Assembly (NCBI GenBank): GCA_963774635.1
Contig: CAVZFS010000026.1
Location: forward strand, 232,636 to 296,635
Length of the DNA stretch: 64,000 nucleotides
Direction of reading: 5' to 3'
Origin: an uncultured Acidimicrobiia bacterium
GTDB taxonomy: Bacteria; Actinomycetota; Acidimicrobiia; Acidimicrobiales; Ilumatobacteraceae
A model generated the notes under the pieces. That model saw only the letters and a list, made by a program, of their open reading frames with translations, searched no databases and was not told the origin of the DNA. Position 1 is the first letter of the stretch. Each line of letters opens with the position of its first letter. Shown here one piece after another: positions 20,010-28,200 of this stretch. A program made the position numbers and the translations under genes.

Positions 20010-20483
20010 CCGGGATCCAGCGGGTCGCGATCGCCATGGCGGTGGTCGCCGCTGGATCGCTGGCCGGATGCACGAACGACAGCGCGTCGCCGGACCCATC
20101 GCCACCACGGTCGAACACCACCGATCCGACGATCGGGACGAAGGCGCCGTCGCGCACGGCCACGTCGACGACCGTGTCCACGACGGCCTCGAAACTCATC
20201 GACAACTTCGTCGACAACCGTGTCGACGTCGGCGGCCAGCCCGTCAGGTTCCTCCAGTCAGCAGACGGTGGTGCGCACCGACGGCGGCTCGATCGAGGTC
20301 CGCGGCAACGGTGACGTGCTCGAGGTCATCGACATCAGCCCCGCCGACGGCTGGGAGGTGCAGGTCGATCAGCCCGACGACCGCCGGCTCATCGCCTCGT
20401 TCACGAGCGATGGCGGACGTTCCGAGGTGACGATCGTGCTCACGGACCAGGGGATCCAGACCTCGACGCGCGCCACGAGCTAG
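20006..20483 (+). CDS. lipoprotein translationally coupled to the LPXTG gene; probably frameshifted as sequenced
   Basis: ATG 20006 overlaps the upstream TGA (ATGA). MTGIQRVAIAMAVVAAGSLAGC is a lipobox signal. After ~20225-20262 this frame turns into Arg-rich nonsense, while frame 0 (track ORF 20220..20483) reads a plausible beta-rich domain, TVVRTDGGSIEVRGNGDVLEVIDISPADGWEVQVDQ... Confidence 0.55.
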
Positions 20484-22172
20484 CTACGCGTCCAGAATCA
20501 GCATGCCGGCGATCTGGCCGGCTCGGTCGTGGCGGGCGGTGACCGTCACCTCCGTGCCGGCCGCCGCCTCGACGACCCAGGTCACGAGCGCCCGATCCGG
20601 CGTGCCGTCGTGCGACTCGCGGAAGCGCAGCGCGGCTCGACCCTCGAGCTGGCCGAGCTGTCGGCGGGCCGGACCGCCAACGACCGTGGCGCCGGTGAGC
20701 TCGGCGATGACCGGCCGCACGAGCTCGACAGCGCGAGCCCGCGCCGTCACATCCGTCGGCAGCCAGCCCGTGTTGGCGATGCCGAGCTCGACTCGCCACG
20801 CGCCGTCGCCGAGCGGCTCGGCGCGCAACCGTCGGAGCTCGAGACACGGCGACGCCATGGCCTGGGCGACGGCGAACTGCGCGTGGGGAGCGACCTCAGC
20901 GGCGAGGTGCGAGGTCGGCGGGTTGATCCAGATTCCCTCGTGGTGCCAGCCGCCGAGCTCCAACGGACCGAGCTGCGGGTGCTCGAACGGGTACCAGTCG
21001 ACGTACTCGTCCGGGGCGTGCTCCTCGACCCACCGGAGCACGGCGAAGCGCTGCTCGTCGGTCGGGCCGACATACCAGAAGTCCGTCGCCTGCTTCTTGC
21101 CCGTCGCGGCGTGAACGACGTCCCAGAACTCGGTGGTCCACGAGAGGACGCCGAGCTGCTCGTACGCCCAGTCGTCAGCGGCACCGCTCATCGTGTCCGC
21201 CTTGTCCCACGTGAAGTCCTCGAAGATCGAGTGGACGGGATACGAGGTCAGCGCCGTGCCGATGGCGCCGAGCTCCTTCCAGGCCCACAGGTCCTTCGGT
21301 GGGATCGTCGAATCGGGCTGTGTCGAAGATGGTCGCAGCAACACGCCGCCGCTCGTGTGGAAGGCGTTGTACCCGCAGACGTTGGGCCGGGCGACGATGG
21401 CGCGCACCAAGGCGTCGATCTCCGGCTCCGACAGCGGATGGTCGCCCGACCCCCGGACCTTGGTCGACCAGCCGGCCGGGAAGTTGCGGTTGAGGTCGAG
21501 ACCCTCGGGCGGGGGCGGTGTCGGGATGGTGAATCCGTCGAAGTCCTCGACCGACCCTTCGACCAGCATCCGGTAGCGAGGCGCGCCGCTCGTCGCACCG
21601 GACGGCTGCACGGGGATCATCAGTCGGGATTCCTCGGGATGGGTCGTCCAGGCGCCGTCCGGGTCGGGCACGCGCATCTGCAGGACCCGGCCGTCACCGT
21701 CGATGTCCTCGATGTGGGCACCGGGCCAGCGGTGGGCATCGGCATAGGGCCACGCCCGGGTACTCGATCGGCGGAACCTCGGGGAGTCGGCGAGCACCCA
21801 CTCGGCGCCGTCGGGATTGACACGGGGCACGATGTAGAACGTCCGAGTGCCCACCGCGAGGGCGACGACCGGGTCGTCTCGGCGATGGCCGTCGACGAGG
21901 TGCTGGATCAGTGAGCAGGCGGCGACCGTGGCGGTCAGCTCGGAAGCATGGATGCTGGCGTCCACCCAGTGCGCCGGTTTGTGATGCGGCGCACCGGTCC
22001 TCGTGTCGGTCACCGTGACGAGCCACAGGTCGCGGCCCTCATGGCTGCGCCCGTAGGACTCGACGGCGACCAGATCCGGGTGCTCGGCGGCCATGCCGTG
22101 CAGCCACGCGGTCAGCTCGTCGTACCGAAGGAAGCGGTCGAAGGCGTACGTGGGGCGAGCGGTCGGCGTCAC
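20484..22172 (-). CDS. M14 family zinc carboxypeptidase
   Basis: The track ORF is 20484..22307 and I prefer GTG 22172 as the start. HWVDASIHASELT (HxxE zinc site), FYIVPRVNPDG, LDLNRNFP and YNAFHTSGGVLLRP are M14 signatures. Confidence 0.85.
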   Translation of the reverse strand: MTPTARPTYAFDRFLRYDELTAWLHGMAAEHPDLVAVESYGRSHEGRDLWLVTVTDTRTGAPHHKPAHWVDASIHASELTATVAACSLIQHLVDGHRRDDPVVALAVGTRTFYIVPRVNPDGAEWVLADSPRFRRSSTRAWPYADAHRWPGAHIEDIDGDGRVLQMRVPDPDGAWTTHPEESRLMIPVQPSGATSGAPRYRMLVEGSVEDFDGFTIPTPPPPEGLDLNRNFPAGWSTKVRGSGDHPLSEPEIDALVRAIVARPNVCGYNAFHTSGGVLLRPSSTQPDSTIPPKDLWAWKELGAIGTALTSYPVHSIFEDFTWDKADTMSGAADDWAYEQLGVLSWTTEFWDVVHAATGKKQATDFWYVGPTDEQRFAVLRWVEEHAPDEYVDWYPFEHPQLGPLELGGWHHEGIWINPPTSHLAAEVAPHAQFAVAQAMASPCLELRRLRAEPLGDGAWRVELGIANTGWLPTDVTARARAVELVRPVIAELTGATVVGGPARRQLGQLEGRAALRFRESHDGTPDRALVTWVVEAAAGTEVTVTARHDRAGQIAGMLILDA

Positions 22173-22230
22173 CGGGCTGACGCTAGGCGGGGACCGAGCC
22201 AGCGTTCGGACGTCCCTAGACTGCGCGGCC

Positions 22231-22620
22231 GTGGAGGGGGACTCCAGCGCCACCGATCCGCTGACCGTGAGCCAACGGTGGTGGGACGAGGTCTGGCGCG
22301 ATGGCAACCTTGCGGCGCTCGACGAGCTCCTGACCGAACCCTTCGTGCGTCACACCGGCACGGGGAATGAGACGGTCGGGCGGGCGGCCTACCGGGGACG
22401 CCTCTCCGAGTTCCAACGGGTGCTGTCGCGCGTCGACACCTCGATCGACGATCGCGTCGTCGACGGCGACAAGGTCTGGACGAGGGCGACCAGCAAGGGC
22501 ATCAACCGCGAGACCGGTGAGCGCTCGGTCGTCACGTGGCTGCTCATCCAGCGCATCGAGGACGGCCGCATCGCCGAGCACTGGGTGGCCACCCTTCCCG
22601 GCGTGGACTGGAAGAGCTGA
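22231..22620 (+). CDS. SnoaL-like (ester cyclase / NTF2 fold) protein
   Basis: The track ORF is 22093..22620, and GTG 22231 avoids overlap with the divergent peptidase gene. QRWWDEVWRDGNLAALDELL...FVRH and IEDGRIAEHW are typical of the family. Confidence 0.7.
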   Translation: MEGDSSATDPLTVSQRWWDEVWRDGNLAALDELLTEPFVRHTGTGNETVGRAAYRGRLSEFQRVLSRVDTSIDDRVVDGDKVWTRATSKGINRETGERSVVTWLLIQRIEDGRIAEHWVATLPGVDWKS

Positions 22621-22624
22621 CCCC

Positions 22625-23833
22625 TCACGCCAGCTCGACGGCGACCAGCTCTCGTCGGTGCCGGGCGCGAGTGCGCAGGAACGCCCCCGTCACGACGAGC
22701 ACGACGACTCCCATGGCGACGAGTGTCAGCTCGAGGGTCACGGCATCGGCCAGCGCGCCGAGTGGGAGTGCAGCGAGGCCGAAGCCGCTGAAGCCGAGCA
22801 CGACCATGCTCTGCATCCGTCCGTGATATTCGATGTCGGACAACGCCAGCATCAGTGACTGGGTCGTCGTCTGGAAGACGAGTCCGGCAGCTCCCACAGC
22901 CGCCAGCGCGACCAGGGCCAGCCAGTACCAGGGCGCGAGGCCGAGACCGATCAACGAAAGACCGAGGCACAGCCCGGAGACAGCGACGGTCCGCCACGGT
23001 CGCTCGACGATCACACCTGCGCGCGGCATGAGGAGGCCGGCGGCGACTGCGCCGAGCCCGGCGACGCCCGCCATCACGCCGTAGCCCGTCGCGCCGACGT
23101 CGTAGCGCTCGTCGGCCAGACCGGGCAGGAACGTGAGGTATGGGAAGCCGATCACGACCACGCCGATCGTCGTCAGCGCGACCAGCCCGAGACCCCTGTT
23201 GGCACGGACGTACCGGGCGGCGTCCACCATCTCGTCCAGCGGTGAGCGGTGCGAGACAACCTTGGGATCGCCGCGGGAAAGGCCGATGAGGACGACTCCC
23301 GACAGAAAGCTCGTCACCGCCGCCATCAGGAACACACCGCCCACGCCGAACCAGGGCCAGCCGATCAGCACACCAGCCAGTGCGGGGGCGATCACCCGCA
23401 TCGCTTCGACGGTTGTCTGACTGAGCACGACGGCAGGAGCGATCTGGCTCGGATCGACGAGCTCGGCGATGAACGTGATGCGCGCCGGAAGGTAGAGGGC
23501 AAACGCCGTGGCCTGCACCACGCTTGCGACCAGCAGCATCCAGTACCGGATCGTCCCCGACACCACGGCGATGCCGATGGCAACGGACGAGGCCAGCATC
23601 ATCGCCACGGCGATGAGCAGGACCGTGCGCTTCGGGAACCGGTCGGCGGCGACCCCGCCGAAGGGCGTCGCCAGCAGCATGGCGACACCGAAGGCGAGGT
23701 ACACCCCGCCGAGCCCGGCATTGCTCCCCGTGAGGTCGCGAGCGAGCCAGCCTCTCGCGACGGACTGCCCCATCACCCCGAAGATCACCAGTGCCGAACT
23801 GACGAGCAGGCGCCGGAAGCCCGGCGACTGCAT
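22625..23833 (-). CDS. MFS transporter
   Basis: The track ORF is 22625..24013 and the start is at MQSPGFRRLLVSS (23833). It has ~12 hydrophobic segments and the GGVAADRFPKR loop motif. Confidence 0.85.
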   Translation of the reverse strand: MQSPGFRRLLVSSALVIFGVMGQSVARGWLARDLTGSNAGLGGVYLAFGVAMLLATPFGGVAADRFPKRTVLLIAVAMMLASSVAIGIAVVSGTIRYWMLLVASVVQATAFALYLPARITFIAELVDPSQIAPAVVLSQTTVEAMRVIAPALAGVLIGWPWFGVGGVFLMAAVTSFLSGVVLIGLSRGDPKVVSHRSPLDEMVDAARYVRANRGLGLVALTTIGVVVIGFPYLTFLPGLADERYDVGATGYGVMAGVAGLGAVAAGLLMPRAGVIVERPWRTVAVSGLCLGLSLIGLGLAPWYWLALVALAAVGAAGLVFQTTTQSLMLALSDIEYHGRMQSMVVLGFSGFGLAALPLGALADAVTLELTLVAMGVVVLVVTGAFLRTRARHRRELVAVELA

Positions 23834-23913
23834 CACTGACGGCACGACTCCGCAGGGTACGGCCGGCTCATCCGGGCGGGGGGTGCCGCCGCAGGCGGCC
23901 GCTTCGAGCTCGT

Positions 23914-23934
23914 TTCGCAACCTGTGGTTGCGAA
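23914..23934. promoter_or_regulatory. perfect 9-3-9 palindrome in the divergent MFS / aldo-keto reductase spacer (candidate operator)
   Basis: TTCGCAACC-TGT-GGTTGCGAA lies 18 nt upstream of GTG 23952. No regulator gene is adjacent. Confidence 0.35.
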
Positions 23935-23951
23935 GCGAAACACTTGGTGGT

Positions 23952-25007
23952 GTGAAATACGTGAAGCTGGGTTCGACGGGGCTGGACGTGTCGGCGATCT
24001 GCCTGGGATGCATGAGCTACGGCGTACCCGATGCCGGTAGGCACCCGTGGTCACTCGACGAGGAGACGAGCCGTCCCTTCTTCCGCCAGGCGATCGAGGG
24101 CGGCATCAACTTCTTCGACACCGCCAACGTGTACTCGGACGGCACCAGCGAAGAGATCACAGGGCGGGCGCTGGCCGACTACGCCAGGCGCGACGAGATC
24201 GTGCTCGCGACGAAGGTCCACGGCCGGATGCACGAAGGACCCAACGGCGCCGGGCTCTCACGCAAGGCGATCCTGACGCAGATCGACCACAGCCTGCGCC
24301 GGCTCGGCACCGACTACGTCGACCTGTACCAGATCCACCGCTGGGACCGTCTCACGCCGATCGAGGAGACGATGGAGGCGCTCCACGACGTCGTACGAGC
24401 CGGTAAGGCGCGCTACCTCGGGGCGTCGTCGATGTGGGCGTGGCAGTTCGCCAAGGCGCAGCACGTCGCCGAGCGCAACGGCTGGACCCGCTTCGTGTCG
24501 ATGCAGAACCACTACAACCTGCTCCACCGCGAGGAGGAGCGGGAGATGTTGCCGCTCTGTGCCGACCAGGGCGTCGGGGTGATCCCGTGGAGCCCGCTGG
24601 CCCGAGGTCGCCTGACGAGGCCGTGGGGGTCGACGACGGCGCGCAGCGAGACCGACGAGTTCGGCCGCTCGCTCTACCAGGACGGAGATGGCGAGATCGT
24701 CGACGCCGTGCTGCGCGTCGCTGACGAGCGCGGCGTTCCTGCCGCCCAGGTCGCGCTGGCGTGGGTCGCTCGCCATCCCACCGTGGTCGCGCCGATCATC
24801 GGCGCGACGAAGCCGCACCACATCGAGGACGCCGTCGCTTCCGTCGCGCTCGAGCTGACCGACGCCGAGGCTGCTCAGCTGGAGGCGCCGTACACCGGCG
24901 CGGCCGATGGTCGGATTCGCATGAACGAGGTGCCCTCTCACCCACGTGCCTCGCTGGTCGCCGTCCCCTCGGCAACGTCGACCTCCAGGACCTCGAACTC
25001 GGGGTAG
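23952..25007 (+). CDS. aldo/keto reductase; C-terminal frameshift as sequenced (probable true stop 24922-24924)
   Basis: GTG 23952 gives VKYVKLGSTGLDVSAICLGCMSYG. NFFDTANVYSDGTSEEITG, LATKV, DLYQIHRWD and GVIPWSPLARG are AKR motifs. After LEAPY the frame yields a 42-aa tail that overlaps the convergent gene by 70 nt. A 1-nt shift instead reads PARPMVGFA*, a normal AKR end. Confidence 0.85.
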   Translation: MKYVKLGSTGLDVSAICLGCMSYGVPDAGRHPWSLDEETSRPFFRQAIEGGINFFDTANVYSDGTSEEITGRALADYARRDEIVLATKVHGRMHEGPNGAGLSRKAILTQIDHSLRRLGTDYVDLYQIHRWDRLTPIEETMEALHDVVRAGKARYLGASSMWAWQFAKAQHVAERNGWTRFVSMQNHYNLLHREEEREMLPLCADQGVGVIPWSPLARGRLTRPWGSTTARSETDEFGRSLYQDGDGEIVDAVLRVADERGVPAAQVALAWVARHPTVVAPIIGATKPHHIEDAVASVALELTDAEAAQLEAPYTGAADGRIRMNEVPSHPRASLVAVPSATSTSRTSNSG

Positions 25008-25876
25008 TTCAGCCCTTCCTTGCCCTTGCACGTCAGCGGCGACGGCGACGGCCGGTCGCTCCGGCGCACACTCACATGCGCCGTCCGTCCGTCGGCCAGG
25101 TCGATCCTGACGCGCCCGTCCGGAAGGGTCGTCACGGCCGCCAATCCGGCGAGGTCCGACACGCCCAACTGCTGGCGCACGGCATGCTCGGCGCATTGCT
25201 CGGGGAGCCGCAGCGTGGAGCGACCGCGGAAGCGCGACAGGTCGAGACGGCCCTCGTCGTGAGCGGTCAGCAGCGCGGCTGCCGAGTCCGCGTCCACGCC
25301 GCCGAAGTACAGGCTGTCAGGCAACAGGACGATGTTCGCCGCGAAGCGGTCGCCGCCGACGTGCGAGCACTCCCAGACCTCATCGGCCCACTGCGACGTA
25401 CGCAACGCCCGGACGAGCGGTCGTCCGAACGTCGCACAGCACGCATCGTGACGCCCGTTCGTGCACACGAGCACGTAGCGATCGTCGTCGAGCTCCCACC
25501 GGTCGTCGGGCCCCTCACCGTTGGCCAGCGACTCCGTCGCGTCCACGACCTCGTGCAGGTCCCCGATCATGCGGCGATGGCACGACCCTTGTCGCCCACC
25601 CGGTCGGGCTGCAGCCACGTGCACGAGGCGCAGCGTCTCGTGGTGCTCGGATCGGTGACCGACGTCCCGCCGGATCGCGATGATGCGGATGCCCTGCCGG
25701 CGCATCAGGTCGCGCCAGATGTGCGGCGCGAACGGGCCGAGCTCGCTGTGCCCGATGGCGTCCTTCCCCCAGGCGCCGAGGACCTCGATGAGCAGCCACG
25801 CCCTGACCTGTGAGGCCGTCGCCGTGATGGGTTCGTCTCGGGCGCGGGCAGCGGCCGCGCACTGGAACTCAACCAG
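24938..25876 (-). CDS. sucrase/ferredoxin-like (thioredoxin-like [2Fe-2S]) family protein
   Basis: The track ORF 24938..25705 starts at the first ATG. The conserved N-terminal part (EFQCAAAARARDEPITATASQVRAWLLIEVLGAWGKDA...) continues in frame up to an in-frame stop without any ATG, GTG or TTG. CTG 25876 is the only plausible start. VLVCTNGRHDACCATFGRPL is the family core. Confidence 0.7.
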   Translation of the reverse strand: MVEFQCAAAARARDEPITATASQVRAWLLIEVLGAWGKDAIGHSELGPFAPHIWRDLMRRQGIRIIAIRRDVGHRSEHHETLRLVHVAAARPGGRQGSCHRRMIGDLHEVVDATESLANGEGPDDRWELDDDRYVLVCTNGRHDACCATFGRPLVRALRTSQWADEVWECSHVGGDRFAANIVLLPDSLYFGGVDADSAAALLTAHDEGRLDLSRFRGRSTLRLPEQCAEHAVRQQLGVSDLAGLAAVTTLPDGRVRIDLADGRTAHVSVRRSDRPSPSPLTCKGKEGLNYPEFEVLEVDVAEGTATSEARG

Positions 25877-27044
25877 GTGCGACCACCCCTTCGGTGGCGA
25901 GGCGCCGGGCGATCACAGACTTCGACGCGGCGTCGAGGCCGCCGCCGAGATCGTCCGTCGTCCAGGGGCCCGGCGCGCCCAGCACTTCGGCAAGGAAGCC
26001 GTGCGCCTCCTCTGGCATCGACAGGACGCGGTCGCCAAGGCCGAGGACGGCGCGCCCGGCGGTCCGCTCCAGCCACACGAGAGGACCGGGCGTGAGGTCC
26101 ATTCGCGTCGATGACGCGATCTCCGGCTCGTGCCGTGGACGCAATCTCGTCGCCGGTTGCCGCCGCCACACCTCCTTGACCATCCAGCGCCGCATCGCCG
26201 CCTGTTCGAGGTGCGGCCGCAGCGAGCGAACGACGTCGTGCGCGTCGGGGACGGTCCCGGGCACGATCGACGTCCGCCAGGCGCCCTCGGCCACGGCTGC
26301 ATCGAGCGCCGCCCGGAGCGCGCGCTGCCAGACGACGGCGAGGATGCCGATGGTGAGGTGCGCCGAGCCCACCTCGACCGTCTCAGCGGCATGAGGATGG
26401 CCGCGCGGGAGATAGAGGCAGTCGCCGGTGCGCAGCGTGAGGTCGAGCCGCGGCTCGCCGAGCTCGTCGAACGTCAGCGGTGCCGGCCGGGGCATGCCAC
26501 GCACCGGGTCGCGGGTGCGCTCGAGCGGATCCCAGACGCGCCAGCGCTTGGCGCCTTCGAGCTGGAGGACGAAGACGTCGTGGAGGTCGAAGTGCAGCTC
26601 GAGCCCACGGGCCGCCGGCGGTGAGAGGTAGGCGTTCACCTGCACCGGGTGATCGAGCGCCAACGCCAGGTTGTTGGAGAGCTTGGCGAGATGGGGGTCG
26701 GTCAGCTGCAGCCCCTGCAGGACAACGGTGGCGCCCTCGTCGTGGAGCTCGAGCACGCGATTCGGCTGGATCACGTCATCGATCGTGCGATGGCCGACAC
26801 CGGCACGACGGCCATGAGCCTGCGCAGGCAGCGTTGCACCGTCACGCACCAGGCGGAAGAACGGCGGCCGGATGCCGCCGGTCAGCAATTCGGTCCACAG
26901 GTGATCGGCGCTCGTGACTGCGGCGACGTCGTCGACGGCCGTGATGAGCGGCTGGCGGAACAACGACCGCTCGATGAAGGCGACGTCATCGCCGACGAGG
27001 GCCTCGAGCCCGGGCGCGTCCGGATGCGGGACCCGCCGTGCCAC
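25869..27044 (-). CDS. cupin superfamily JmjC-type (Cupin_4, ribosomal-oxygenase-like) protein
   Basis: 391 aa. NAYLSPPAARGLELHFDLHDVFVLQLEGAKRWRVW and GDCLYLPRGHPHAAE give an HxD...H facial triad within a JmjC-like beta-barrel. Confidence 0.85.
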   Translation of the reverse strand: MARRVPHPDAPGLEALVGDDVAFIERSLFRQPLITAVDDVAAVTSADHLWTELLTGGIRPPFFRLVRDGATLPAQAHGRRAGVGHRTIDDVIQPNRVLELHDEGATVVLQGLQLTDPHLAKLSNNLALALDHPVQVNAYLSPPAARGLELHFDLHDVFVLQLEGAKRWRVWDPLERTRDPVRGMPRPAPLTFDELGEPRLDLTLRTGDCLYLPRGHPHAAETVEVGSAHLTIGILAVVWQRALRAALDAAVAEGAWRTSIVPGTVPDAHDVVRSLRPHLEQAAMRRWMVKEVWRRQPATRLRPRHEPEIASSTRMDLTPGPLVWLERTAGRAVLGLGDRVLSMPEEAHGFLAEVLGAPGPWTTDDLGGGLDAASKSVIARRLATEGVVAPG

Positions 27045-27082
27045 CCAGTCGGTTGCCCGCTCAGCGACAAGAACGTCGAGCG

Positions 27083-27253
27083 TCAGGCGTCACTTCCATC
27101 GCTGTCGGATTCGCCGTCCGTACCATCGCTGTCACCGTCGGTTCCATCGCTGTCCCCGTCGGTGCCGTCGGCGTCCATCGTCACCTCGATGACGTCTCCC
27201 AGCTCCCATTCGCTCTTGATGTCGTCGTTCGTGATGCTCACGGCACGGACCAT
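27083..27253 (-). CDS. small acidic protein with DGTDGDS heptad repeats (hypothetical)
   Basis: MVRAVSITNDDIKSEWELGDVIEVTMDADGTDGDSDGTDGDSDGTDGESDSDGSDA. Third positions are mostly G/C. The gene is on the same strand as the cupin gene and 39 nt upstream of it. The track ORF extends to 27322. Confidence 0.4.
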   Translation of the reverse strand: MVRAVSITNDDIKSEWELGDVIEVTMDADGTDGDSDGTDGDSDGTDGESDSDGSDA

Positions 27254-27324
27254 ACCCGGCGCCCCCTCGATCGTAAGCCTGCGGATTGGTCGCTGCGCCG
27301 AGCCCGACTCCCTAATCTCCAAGG

Positions 27325-28074
27325 ATGGTCGGCACGTTGGTCCTGCTGCGACACGGGGAGAGCGACTGGAACCAGCGCAACCTGTTCACGGGCTGGGTGG
27401 ACGTCGATCTCACCGAGAAGGGACGGGCCGAAGCGCGGCGTGGCGGCGAGCTGCTCGTGGAGCACGGCCTGGCCCCCGACGTCGTCCACACCTCGGTGCA
27501 GCGACGGGCGATCCGCACGGCCGAGCTGACGCTCGACGCGGCTGAGCGGATGTGGATCCCGGTACGTCGCTCGTGGCGGCTGAACGAACGGCACTACGGC
27601 GCGCTGCAGGGCAAGGACAAGGCGGCGACGCTGGCCGAGTACGGCGAGGAGCAGTTCATGCTGTGGCGGCGCTCCTATGACACGCCCCCGCCGCCGCTCC
27701 CCGAGGACGACGAGTTCTCCCAGTTCAACGACGTCCGGTACGCGTGGCTGCCTCCCGAGGTGCGCCCGCGCACCGAGTGCCTGGCCGACGTCGTCGTGCG
27801 CATGCTGCCGTACTGGTACGACTCGATCGTCCCCGACCTCCACGAGTATGAGACGGTGTTGATCGCAGCACATGGGAACAGCCTGAGGGCGCTCATCAAG
27901 CACCTCGACGGGATGACCGACGAGGCCGTCGTCGGCCTCAACGTGCCGACGGGCATCCCGCTGCGCTACGACCTCGACGACGAGTTCCGGCCGACGGAGA
28001 TCGGCGGCACCTACCTCGACCCGGATGCGGCCGCCGCCGCCATCGAGGCGGTCAAGAACCAGGGCAAGGGCTGA
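27325..28074 (+). CDS. gpmA: 2,3-bisphosphoglycerate-dependent phosphoglycerate mutase
   Basis: [41 protein letters not shown] and [10 protein letters not shown] are canonical dPGM motifs. Confidence 0.95.
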   Translation: MVGTLVLLRHGESDWNQRNLFTGWVDVDLTEKGRAEARRGGELLVEHGLAPDVVHTSVQRRAIRTAELTLDAAERMWIPVRRSWRLNERHYGALQGKDKAATLAEYGEEQFMLWRRSYDTPPPPLPEDDEFSQFNDVRYAWLPPEVRPRTECLADVVVRMLPYWYDSIVPDLHEYETVLIAAHGNSLRALIKHLDGMTDEAVVGLNVPTGIPLRYDLDDEFRPTEIGGTYLDPDAAAAAIEAVKNQGKG

Positions 28075-28079
28075 CCTTG

Positions 28080-28148
28080 ATGCGGCCGGCGAAGGCGCTG
28101 GAGCGCCCGCCGTGCCGAACCGGGCCTTCACGCCCGAACGACGCGACC
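28080..28148 (+). repeat. family A (MIRU-like) repeat, single copy 5 nt after the gpmA stop
   Basis: ATGCGGCCGGCGAAGGCGCTGGAGCGCCCGCCGTGCCGAACCGGGCCTTCACGCCCGAACGACGCGACC has the same core and orientation as 5583-5648 and the 36593-36925 array. Confidence 0.85.
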
Positions 28149-28200
28149 GGGTCCCGGGAGCTCAGACACGGGCGCCATTCAGCACGGTTAGTGTCACGCC

